A DNA stretch of 64,000 nucleotides from contig OZ024740.1 in assembly GCA_964016885.1 (NCBI GenBank), forward strand, positions 222,022,001 to 222,086,000. The letters run 5' to 3'. This document shows, in pieces, positions 23,901-36,224 of this stretch (positions within the stretch are counted from its first letter, which is position 1; every line of letters begins with the position of its first letter). Source of the stretch: Eledone cirrhosa (taxonomy: Eukaryota). Below the pieces are notes generated by a model that saw only the letters and a program-made list of their open reading frames with translations, made no database searches and was not told where the DNA came from. Made by a program: the position numbers and the translations under genes.

Positions 23901-26716
23901 TAGCTTCCAGTAGCCGGGTCCTCGTCTATGAAGCCTATCTAAGTCAAGCACACAGATCACGAATTTGTGGTCCGTGTAGCTTGAATTGTGGACAGCCTAT
24001 GCTATTTCCCTACAAAATACTCTATCTAGATATGATCTGGATGACCGTATGCGATTTGTCCATAGCATATTGGCACATTCGGGAAATCCAATCGGTATCT
24101 GTCAGACAGTTCAAAACGTCTGAGCAGGTTGGTGAGGCTCTTGCACCCTCCTCCCCTATCCGCTAATCCCACACAGTCCTAGCGTGCATCTAAGATCCCG
24201 TTCTAGACGCCCACTAACACTAAAGAGCGGGACGTTCCAAGAAAGGTCTCCAGACGCTGGAAGAAATCAGGCCGCCCTGCTCCTGTCGGGGCATAGACGG
24301 CCACTAGCCTGAAAGCTTGCCCGTCTCCGCTGGTCACGTCCAGCACCACCAACTTACCTTCTGGGTCCAGGAAGATGGCCCGTATGGCGAGATCCAAACC
24401 TCTCCGAAAAAGCATAGCAACTCGTCCCCCTGATCCAGGACGGCTGGGAGATGCGTACACATCGTAACCGCCGAAGCTCGGTGCGAAGGCCCGTGCTTCG
24501 GAGATTCTGGTCTCGCTGATGGCCACTACATCTATGTTTAGTGACCTGAGGTCGTTGAGCAGGTGGCCCTGCTTCCATGACGACCCCAAGCCACGCGCAT
24601 TTATGCTGCCTATTCTGAGTGAGGTCATGTTCAAATGGAGTGGAAAAGATGGGAAAGACCACTTACCTTACTTCTCGTAGAGGAAGGATGGTTTCGCCAA
24701 CCTTTTCACTGCTTGTGGCTTCCTCCGGAAGGATGTCCTTATAAATCCTCCTGGAGAGTGCTTGTCGGAAGTCTCCGATGTCTTTGGGTAATTTTTGTTT
24801 TAGTGTCGTGTACGCTTTCTGTGTGATGCGAGTGATTTGTATGTGTGGAGGTGGTGTGAACTTTTGGGGTGTTGTGTAGTCTTTTTCTGTGATGCTGGTG
24901 TTGTGTTGGATGTAGTGTAATCGTTGGTTGTTGTTCAAATTTAATGCTGTGTGTTGTCTATCGTTTTGGTTGTTTTGTTTTGTTTGTGTTTGTTGTTGGT
25001 TTGTTTCTGTTTCGCTTTTTGGTGACTTTTGTGGTGTTGGTGATGGTGGTGTTAGGGTTAATGATGGTGATGGTATTGGTGTTTGTGGTGATGGGGTTGG
25101 TGATGCTGGTGTGGATGGTGGCATAGCTGTCCTAACTTTTTTGTTTGATAGTTTATTTGTTTCCTTCTGTATTTTGTTTTTGGATAGGCCGCGGAGTGGA
25201 AAGTCCTCCACAGGCATTGGTTTTGGTTGTGGCGTGGTGGATGGTGTAGGCGCTGGTGCTAGTTCTGGCGCGTTGGGTGGTGGTAGTGTTGCTTTTGCTA
25301 CTGTTGCTGGCGTTGTTGCTGCAACAGTTGCTTCTGTTGTTGCTGCTACAGTTGTTGCTGCCATTTCTGCTGCTGGTGGTGTTGATGGTTGAGTCACTGG
25401 GGTGGGTAAGAGATGTGGCCTCAACTTTTTAGCCTGAGGGCAGAAAGCCCTTAGGTGGGTTCCTTCACCACAAACGACACACCTAGGCCTTCTACCTTCG
25501 ACGATTACGGTGAGGTGGCTGTCGTCAGTGAGGTCCATTACCTCTGGGATCTCCTCAATGATTTTATGGTCCGCTTGGATCAGGAGCTCCATCCCAGATC
25601 CGGACCAGTTCTCCTGCTTTTCCTTTGCTATTTCTATTATTTTGGTGTTGGCCTCGATGCCGGCGAGGGCGGCAGCCATTATCCAGGTAATTTCGATAGC
25701 TGGTGGAATGTGGGTCACCCTGATCTTTACGAGTCTCTGACCACAATAGCTTGGGACGAGTGTGAAGTCGTCGCTTCTTAATGGGGCCATGCAGTGCTCT
25801 CTGGCCTCCTGTGATGTTCCAAAGAACACGTCCAGGGTTCCCTATTTCTTCCCACGTCTGATGTCGGTTTTTTTTGCCCACACATATACCAAAGCTTTTG
25901 GATTTGGGACTCGGATGCCCGTTCCACTCGGCGCGATTTTATGTTAATCGTCCGATAAGACACGGTGCATAGGCGCCGATGCTCCATTTTATTTGGTGGG
26001 GGTGGGGGGATTAGGTTGACCATGTACCCATCTTTCTTTACCATTCTCTTGGCTTCATCTAATTCCTCCTGAGTTACCTGGATGGTTTCGCATTTTTTGG
26101 TTGCTTTGGCAAAGGACACGGTGTTATTCTCATTGTTGTTGTTGATGTTGTTATTGTTATTTTTGTTATTGTTATTTTTGTTTCAGTTGTGGTGGTGGTG
26201 GCGTCAGTGGTGTTCGGTGTGGAAGAGTTCATTCTGGGTGAATCCATTTCGATGTCACGAGATAATTTATTTTTTTCTTTTGTTTCTGTTGCCGCTGTGG
26301 TGGTGGTGGGTGGCGGCTTCAACACCTGCAGTCATTGGTAATGGCGGGAAATGAATGTCTGCAAGAGACAAATTTAAATTATTGCTACTGCTTATATTTT
26401 TAGTGTTGGCAAACGTAGTAATATTTACAATGGTGGTGTTGGTGTGAGGTGTTAGTTTGTGAGGAAGGCTCTCAGCTGCTTGCTGTAGCTGTGAGTTGTC
26501 CCTGATCTTTTCAGAGAAATCTTTTGTTTGATAGTTATAAAAATTTAAATTTTGGGCTCAAGGCCCCAATCTTTTTGAGTGTCCTTTTCCGAAAGCAAAT
26601 TTTGTGACTTTATAAACACTTAATAACAAACATTTTCCATAAATGGCAATTTTAAACAAACGAAAACAACAAATCTTTGCGGAGCTCACAATGATACGAT
26701 TTCCTACATAGGTCGC
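20991..26716 (-). mobile_element. Tx1-clade LINE copy 2, near full-length, pseudogenised, between (TAA)n tracts
   Basis: 5'UTR; ORF1 (~26325-24663, CVVCGEGTHLRAFC); ORF2 from MTSLRIGSINARGL (APE: AISET, VAVYAP), RT (NFRPITLLN, LDQSKAFDRVDH, VRQGCPLS, YADD), CPRC...HALVQC; AATAAA. (TAA)n at 20930-20990 and 26717-26799. Several frameshifts and stops. Confidence 0.95.
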
Positions 26717-26800
<84 letters not shown>

Positions 26801-26997
26801 GAGAAGAAGAAACTTTTAGGGGTTCAAGTCAATTTCCTACTATGCTGCATTTCATAGGCGCTGAATAGCTTAGTAGCTTCTTGATCCATCGCCTCACTTG
26901 TCAGATAGGTGATTTTATTTAAGAACATCGTATTTTATATGGTATACTTCCATGTAGTATATAGTCTTTTTGAGTTGACTCCAATCAGTATTAACCT

Positions 26998-27190
26998 TTA
27001 GTAGATTGGAAGTATCGGTAGAGGGTCCGATGCTATGCTTTGCAGCAAAGAGTTACGGCCCTTTATGATCTGAGTTCAAATCCCGCCGAGGTTAATTTTG
27101 CCTTTCATCCTTACGTGGTCGATAAAATAAAGTACCAGTAATACACTGGGATAATTGCTGGCCTTGTGCCAAAAGTAGAAACAATTATTT
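26998..27190 (+). mobile_element. Meta-core tRNA SINE copy
   Basis: GAGTTCAAATCCCGCCGAGG...GCCTTTCATCCTTACGTGGTCGATAAAATAAAGTACCAG...GAAACAATTATT. Confidence 0.85.
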
Positions 27191-27871
27191 CACCTGCTGT
27201 TGATATTTTTTGTTTGTTGGCGTTGTCTCGGTAGTTAGTTTGGTGTTGTTTTATTAACTGTGTGATTGTATCCGTGTATTTGAATTCGTGTGTGTGTGTA
27301 TGTGTGTTTATGCGTGTGTGTTTGCATTTGTGTTTGTGTGCATGTGTGTGTGTGTGTTTGTTTGTGTGTGTGTGTGTTTTTTGTGTTGTGTGCAAATTTG
27401 TATATTTGTTTCCTTACTGGCGGTGTCAAATTTTATATATATATGTTTACGCTGGCGGATATTTCTATGAAAGTGATTTAAAAGAAAATTTGATTTTTAA
27501 ATAGATATGTTTGTGAATTCGACATACGTATATACGTATACATACCTAGATAAAGATATACGTATACATACCTAGATAAAGCCACAGACTTAGATAAAGA
27601 TAATTCAATATATTTATCAGGATAAAGCAGACAGCGTACCACACGAAGACGCACATATGAATACATGTACAACCCCCTCCCCGAAACCTGCCCCCCCCCC
27701 CCCCAAAAAAAAAAACCCCAGATACTTTCTTAAACACTTTTATGTATAAATTGTATACATATATTTGGACATGATGACGTGAGGTATTTTTGCCGCCAGA
27801 ACACAGGCGATTCAGTTCGGAACTTGCTGTTGAAACGGCAGGAACTCAGCCATCGAAGTCCCAACTCCTTC

Positions 27872-27929
<58 letters not shown>

Positions 27930-27936
27930 TATATAT

Positions 27937-28004
<68 letters not shown>

Positions 28005-30050
28005 CGTGTGTATATATATATATATATATAAATGTATGTATATATATATACACATGGATATGACTGATCTATGCGAATATATACACCCAAACGTTCAGTA
28101 TATATTTCCCCGACACAATCAATATCTTCAAAAACCTTATTTCCATATCTTGTGATTTTCTCACTGAACCTCTAGTCTCTCACGTATTGTCCAACATTAA
28201 GAATTCCGGCCATTCTTTCGTTGAACCTGCCAATATTTTCTTCATTATAGACGTTACATCTTTAAACATTATCATTTTATAAACTGACAGAATTTTATTA
28301 CTGAAATGCTTCTTTGCTTGCAGTACCATATACGTCTAACCCAGTAGGTGCGTGTCAATGGCCTTCGTGCTAGACTGTTAAGGTTAATGTTTTCTTTAAA
28401 CTGTTGGAGGTCTATTGCTTTGGGATGCATTACAGAAGGCTGAGGATCTGGACAGGACGGACAGGATACGAAGGATTGGGTGAGGTAGTTAGTGTAGGTT
28501 CGGGTGAGTGCTTACATTATGAGTAAGGAGAATAGGAGAGACAAGCAAAGCGAATGTGCCTGAGTGGAGATGTCATATGACTAGCAAATGCCGGTGAGAA
28601 ACCCATTTATAGTAATAATAGAATAGATAGAGGAACTAGACAGCACGTTTGTGACCAAGCATGTTGCAGGACGCTAGTTAGAAAATTTGAGCTGGTTAGC
28701 CACGTGACCTTGATCTGAAATGGTCTTGCATGCCAATGTGTGCAACAGCAGCCGTGCCAAAGCACTACTACATTGTGAATATCAATTGTGTTTTCAGGAC
28801 GATCAATATTTTTAGGTGGTTGAATTATTTTCTGACTTTAAAGGGAAGGGCCAGCGTTACTAGCAATGTTGAGGATGTTTATTCTTGAAACCAGTATTAA
28901 CTATCATCTCCTACCCACGCCTGGGCAGTCTATAACATATGCTTAACCAAGAGATATTATATAATCATCTACAAAAATCTACTAGTATGCATGATTATGT
29001 AATAAGTACAGTCAGGTATTCTGATATATGACTAAATATGATTTCTTGATTATTCTATTTAGACAAGATGATGAAGTTCAACGGCTTTCATGTTTATCAC
29101 CTAATTTCTTAGTACAGAATTGCCAAATCCCATCCCCAGATCTCTAGTATAATCAAGCCAATTTAGAACTGTCAGGTAATTCAACAAGAGCATTAACTGC
29201 TTCGAATTTTCCGATCCACGGATGAAGTGATGTGAAAGTAACATACACAGCTTCTCTCTACATAGAAAATCTATTAGAAAGTTCATAAAATTCAGATGCA
29301 TCATTCAGAAGCCATTTAAATTATTGGATAATATTTTCCTCGGTCAACTGGGTTACATGACATTTCTACGAATCTCGCATGCCCGAGTCAATGTAATGGC
29401 GTACTCTGTTTAAATTTACGATACCAATAATATTATATTCGTAAAATTCTCTTATCTGTAGACGTAGAAATGCAAATGTGCTCTTTTCTGACACCGCCAT
29501 ACCAGGTTTGACTGAACAGAACTATGATTAATGGCATTCCAGCCATAATGATTGCGTGTTTTGTTCAGAATGACTGTAGTCTGTGATATTATGGAGATTT
29601 TCTTACCATTTTTGGAATATAGAGCAAACGTGTAGTCTCTCCCTCATGAAACCTGTATATATATATATATATATATATATAAATGAAAATCCGAAGGCAA
29701 GGTAAAATTCCAATCATTTAATCATGACACATGTTTCAATAAGCGATAGATCGATTGTGAAGCCATGATCGATTATCTCTGATCTCATCGGGGGAAAATG
29801 AATTGTCTTCACATTCTTGATATGAGGGAGAAAAATAACGATGTTCTCTCACAGAATTCATTCCCTCATATGAAGACACACCAGCCAGATACAGTTGATA
29901 CGTATACTCCGTTTTACATCATCTAGCTGTTTCCTTGAATGGAATTGGAGATATACAAACGCGTGGGGAACTTAATATTACTAACATAAAGTTATTGGAC
30001 CATTTTACACAACCAATAATGCACCTTACTATATAACAAATAAGGATCTC

Positions 30051-30326
30051 TATGACAATATACCACCTATCAGCAGGTCAATACGTGGACAGAATCTCAG
30101 ATTTGCTGGCCACTGTTGGCGCAGCAAGGAAGAAATGGCAGGTGATGTGTTGTTATGGAGTCCATCACATGGAGCAAGAAACGCTGGTCGTCCAAAGAAG
30201 ACATACGTCAAACAACTTGAGGACGATACTGGATGCACTGCGGAAGAACTGGCAAACGCTATGAGAGACAGAGATGGATGGAGGAAACGTGTCGTAGAAA
30301 GCCGAGCAAGCTCGACCTTATTATGA

Positions 30327-30330
<4 letters not shown>
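30051..30330 (+). mobile_element. RTE-clade LINE 3' fragment
   Basis: LRFAGHCWRSKEEMAGDVLLWSPSHGARNAGRPKKTYVKQLEDDTG...AMRDRDGWRKRV, typical RTE C-terminus; (TGA) tail then (AT)n. Confidence 0.85.
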
Positions 30331-30401
<71 letters not shown>

Positions 30402-30569
30402 TGCATCGGAAGCCACAAGGAGCAAGTAGGGTCGGGTGGGGGTATGGGTGTGAGGTAAGTGGGTGACTAAGGGTGTTTGAGTCGCAGAGCAGCCAGGACC
30501 TCCTCGGTGGGTTGGAGGACAGTGTCCTCTGAGGCAACAACTCTGAATATTATATATATATATATAGCT

Positions 30570-30625
<56 letters not shown>

Positions 30626-30976
30626 ATATTCTTTATCTCTCTATCTGTTTGTCTGTTTCCTTATGTATTCTCAAATGGCTCGACCCAACCAAATACAATT
30701 TTACATGTAATTTTTATTTTCATTTGGATTAAAACAATCTAATATTTTATCTAAAATAATCTTTCTATAGTCAACAATACTACGACGGCGATAACGACGA
30801 CAACGTCACATTTTGTAAATGAGTGTGTATGTGTTTGTGAGTGTGTGTGTTTACGCGTTCGTTACGTACGTTAGTAAGTTACATACATATACAACTTCAC
30901 GTAAACGTAAATATATATATAACATTCTTTATCTCTAGAATACATATATATATATATATATTCTTTATCTCATAGA

Positions 30977-31033
<57 letters not shown>

Positions 31034-31041
31034 CTCATAGA

Positions 31042-31079
<38 letters not shown>

Positions 31080-31181
31080 CATTCTTTATCTCTCTATCTG
31101 TTTGTCTGTTTCCTTATGTATTCTCAAATGGCTCGACCCAACCAAATACAATTTTACATGTAAGCAAGCTCGACCTGATGA

Positions 31182-31221
<40 letters not shown>

Positions 31222-31223
<2 letters not shown>

Positions 31224-31995
31224 CGTTTAACCTGTAAAATAAGCCCCCATATTAACTGTAAAACTAGAAATGTAGTGTATAGCATAAGATGTACTGAAGG
31301 ACAATGTAGAGACAAAAATATAGTGTACATAGGTGAGACAGCTCGTAGTATAGGGGAACGGATACCTGAACACTGGCGAGACCTTCAAGATAATAAAGAA
31401 TCATCTGTACTCTACCAACATGCTAAGATAGAACACAAGGGTAAATTAGAGAACATAGAAATAAAAATAGAATCTACACACAGAAAAGATGCAATGTTTA
31501 GACAAATTACAGAGGCAATAAACATAAAAGAATTACAACCAAAATTAAATAGAAAATATGAGTGGAACAGCAACATCACAACTTACAATTAAGGACAAAG
31601 TGAAAACACACACACACATAGAACAAACAACCAACCAGTAACATGTAAATAAATAAATAAATAAACAAATAGATAAATGAACATAAACACACACAGACAC
31701 CCGGATGTGGCGCATGCGCACACAATACACGCACAGAAAAAAAATGGCGTAGGACAGAACAAAGGAGAGGCACAGAAACAAAGAAAGGAATCCCCAGTCA
31801 CTGAAGAGGTCACAGAGTGTGTGACGAAAGGACTATGACTATATATAAACAAATATCTGGTTGTGGAACCAACCAACCAACCAGAAATTTATAAATTTAT
31901 AAACTTGTAAATCTATAAATATATAATAAACTGAAGTGAAAGCAACTGGTGCGTGTGTTTCTTATTGGCAACATGACCCTCCCAAAGTATAACAA
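31222..31995 (+). mobile_element. Penelope-like element 3' fragment (CCHH-type GIY-YIG, pLTR)
   Basis: CKTRNVVYSIRCTEGQC...VYIGETARSIGERIPEH...LYQHAKIEH...RQITEAINIKELQPKLNRKYEW; hammerhead at 31796-31840; (AT)n on both sides. Confidence 0.9.
31796..31840 (+). ncRNA. Minimal type I hammerhead ribozyme
   Basis: AGUCA-CUGAAGA-G-GUCAC-AGAGUGU-GUGAC-GAAA-GGAC-UA-UGACU: 5-bp stems I and II, intact core. Confidence 0.85.
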
Positions 31996-32129
31996 TATAT
32001 ATATATATATATATGTATATATCATCATCATTAGGTCGAGCTTTCTTACATGTAAAATTGTATTTGGTTGGGTCGAGCCATTTGAGAATACATAAGGAAA
32101 CAGACAAACAGATAGAGAGATAAAGAATG

Positions 32130-32187
<58 letters not shown>

Positions 32188-32570
32188 GTATTCTATGAGA
32201 TAAAGAATATATATATATGTATTCTATGAGATAAAGAATATATATATATATATGTATTCTAGAGATAAAGAATGTTATATATATATATTTACGTGAAGAT
32301 GTATATGTATGTAACTTACTAAACCCTAACGTACGTAACGAACGCGTAAACACACACACACACAAACACATACACACTCATTTACAAAATGTGACGTTGT
32401 CGTCGTTATCGCCGTCGTAGTATAGTTGACTATAGAATGATTATTTTACATAAAATGTTAGATTGTTTTAATCCAAAATGAAAATAAAAATTACATGTAA
32501 AATTGTATTTGGTTGGGTCGAGCCATTTGAGAATACATAAGGAAACAGACAAACAGATAGAGAGATGAAG

Positions 32571-32644
<74 letters not shown>

Positions 32645-35030
32645 CAGAGTTGTTGCCTCAGAGGACACTGTCCTCCAACCCACCGAGGAGGTCCTGGCTG
32701 CTCTGCGACTCAAACACCCTTAGTCACCCACTTACCTCACACCCATTCCCCCACCCGACCCCATTTTCTCCTTGTGGCTTCCGATGCAGACATCATGTGC
32801 GCCATCAAGTCCTTCCCAGCTAGCAGCTGCGGAGGTGTTGATGGTCTCCGACCAGGCCACCTCAGGGTGTTGATATCCCCCCTCTGCACCGAGGCCGGGT
32901 GTTGCCTTCTGAGTGCAATTGTAGTGCTCACCAATAGGCTCATCCATAGCGCCCTGGACCCTTACGCCCGAGGCCTCTTTTTTTTCGGCCAGCCACACCG
33001 CTCTCAGGAAGAAAGAGTGTGGCATACGCCCCATTGCTGTGGGCAATGTCTTCCGGAGGCTGGCTGCCAAGGTGATCTGCAAGTCCGTCACACACGAACT
33101 GGGTGAAGAGTTTAGTCCGGTACAACTGGGTGTCGGTGTGTCCGGCGCCAGTGAGGGGCCACTCATGCAGCCAGGCAGTTCTTCAACAGCTGCCCATCGG
33201 AACTGGCATCCAGGTGCTCCAGGCACCTCATTATCAAGCTTGACATGAGGGATGCCTTCAACTCTTTACGCACGGATCATCTGCTCGAGGCCTGCCTCAG
33301 CCGAGCCCCCTCTGCCTACCCTCTGGCCTACCTGTCTTCTGGAACCCCGAGCATGCTCCTTGCTGCTGATACGGTCATACCCTCGGCTACTGCGGTCCAA
33401 TAGGGCAACCCTTTGGGACCCCCCCCCCGTTCGCCCTTGGTATTGACCACATCACCCGGAGTCTCATGGCCCCTCTCAATGTTTGGTATCTGGATGATGC
33501 TACGTTGGGCGGGCACGTACGGATGGTCTGACATGACCATCAATTGGTGGTTTCTCGCCTAGCGGGAATCGGCCTCCAGGTCAACTCGGCCAAGTCGGAG
33601 GTGGTGAATGTCAGCCTCGATGCTGCGAGCTTTGCAGCCTCCGTCTTGGTCGTGCGGTGCATACTCCACCAGGTTCAGGTGACCTCCAAAGAGGATGTCC
33701 TCATCCTCGGGTCACCGATCCACCCGCCGGCCATCCGCTCCACCATCAGGTCCAGGCTTCAAACAGCTCCAGACTCTCATGAGCCGACTGGGCTTGATTG
33801 ACGGCCACCCAGCTCTCTTTCTGCTGAGCAACTGCTTCGCCATGCCGAAGCTCTTCCATACACTCCACAGCGCTACGTGCTACACCCAGACATCTCTCCT
33901 CGCTGACCTCGATACTTGTATCCGAGCAGCAGCCGAGGAGATATGCAACGTCAAGTTTGACGACATAGGGTGCGCAACAGGCCACTTTACCTGTCAGGTA
34001 TGGCGGCCCTGGCCTCCGGTCCTCCACTAGCTTTGCCGGCGTATCTTTCGGCGGTAACCTCGTGCCGCGTCCTCGTCAGCAGGGTTCTTCAAAACACAAC
34101 AGAACTCTCTGTGTTCAGAGAACGTGAGGCCGCCTGTGAGACGTGGGACCGACTGGGACTTAGCCCAGTAGACGTCTCTCCTCCTTCTCCTCTTGTTGAC
34201 GTCAGGTCCCCCCAATGCACTTGGGATGCCATCCAGTGCAGCCTGGCCTCAGACACGCTCACGCGCTAGCTCGACCAGCACCGCCATGCTTGTTTTCTTG
34301 TGGCCGCCAAACCTCACAGTGGTGCCTGGCTCCATGCTCTGTCCTCCTTCTCCACTGGCACGCAGCTAGACAACCATAGCCTGCGCATCGGTGTTTCCCT
34401 GAGGCTCGGCCTACGAATCTGTCAGCCATACCAATGTCGCTGCGGTTCCACCGTGGACTCTTTCAGCCTCCACCCGCTTTCCTGTCTCCACAGTGCCGGC
34501 CGCATTCCACGCTATTCTGCCCTCGACGTAGTCATTAAGCATGGCTTGGACGCTGCAGGCTTCCCTTCCCAGCTCGTGCCGGTAGTGCTGGATCGAAGGG
34601 GCGGCAAAAGGCCAGATGGCATGACCATCTTCCCGTTCCGCGGTGGCAAACCCCTCGTCTGGGATCCCACTTGCACCGACACTTTCTGCAGCCGCAACCT
34701 GGTGCAGTCTGCGACTGACCCAGGTTCCGCTGCACGTTGGGCTGAGGGGTCCAAACTCCTCAAATATCGGTCGCTCTCCGACAGGTTTGAGGTCGTACCC
34801 CTGGTAGTGGAGACTTCTGGTGCCCTCGGCCCCAGGGCTACCTCCTTACTCACCACCATAGGCGCTGAGCTGAACCCACCGCAGGTGTGAGCCCCGCGAG
34901 TTGGAGTTGCTTTTCCAGCGCGTCTCCCTTGCCGTCCTCCGGGGAAAGGCCTTCTCCATTCTGTCCGCCGGGGCTGTGGGTGGATCTCACCGCGTACCCT
35001 TGTGGCTTTTGTGGAAGAAATAGGAAGACA
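32645..35030 (+). mobile_element. CRE-clade non-LTR retrotransposon (RT + RLE), 5'-truncated pseudogene
   Basis: LAALRLKHP; SFPASSCGGVDGLRPGHL; RPIAVGNVFRRL; QLGVG; KLDMRDAFN; WYLDDATLGG; GLQVNSAKSE; SGAWLHAL; CRCG...HPLSC; KRPDG...LVWDPTC; VETSGALGP; FQRVSLAVLRG. Confidence 0.9.
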
Positions 35031-35343
35031 ACAACTGGAAAGTTTGTTATAATATCGTCTTTTTTAATGTTTCATGGATTACGTTACTGATTTAATTCCC
35101 CATAATTGTTAAAGTGAAAATCCAATAATTATGTTAGAAGCTACAAGAAGACACAGAAATGCAATGAAAATATATATATGAGGAAAATAAAGATACAAAT
35201 TTATTAGCAACAACGGAAAAAAAAAAGAATTTTGAAATTTAAAAAGTAAAATATAGATATTTCGAAATAATTATGACACAAACAATATATCTTCCGAGTT
35301 ATTGTTTACTAATCTGAATAAGAACAGCAGTAACATTGAGCTA

Positions 35344-35432
<89 letters not shown>

Positions 35433-35746
35433 AGTCGTTTGGAAGCCTCGACAATGCAAATGGGTAAATCTCCGTGTAACAAGGTCCGGTGGTGGAGAGA
35501 GATATGTAAGTGGGTGTACGTTGAGATGCGTGGTGTGTATAAGATGTGTGAGATGTGTAGAATGAAGGGAAGAGTAAAAGAATAAAAATAATAATAACAA
35601 CACAAGAGAGAGAGTTACCTTGAGTGAGATTTAATAGTCCCTATATATTTCGGATTCACATCCATCAACTGGGGTTTTTTCCGGGGTGGGGGAAAAGGTT
35701 GTCTGTCGGACAACTCGGAACGCGTCTTTCGCTGTCTGTTGATTTG

Positions 35747-35955
<209 letters not shown>

Positions 35956-36134
35956 ACTGGAATACTGGAAGGTAGTATCCGTAGTGGTAGAGCACTCAGT
36001 CCATGGGACGAGTTTGGTATGTGCGGATATTCAGCTCGGACAGCAGTCCGAGCTAAATATCCACATAAGGGGAAACAATTTTTCTCGCCATGATGAACTG
36101 ACTGTTGTTACTACTAATATATATATATATATAA

Positions 36135-36196
<62 letters not shown>

Positions 36197-36224
36197 GTAA
36201 TACACACATGTGTGTGTATGTATG

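Larger units (their letters stand above)
30397..32793. repeat. Large inverted duplication: arms ~30397-31185 and ~32020-32793
   Basis: Left arm is the reverse complement of the right arm throughout, with scattered substitutions and different (AT)n lengths. Each arm holds an internal ~83-bp direct repeat (30628-30710 / 31081-31163). Confidence 0.95.
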
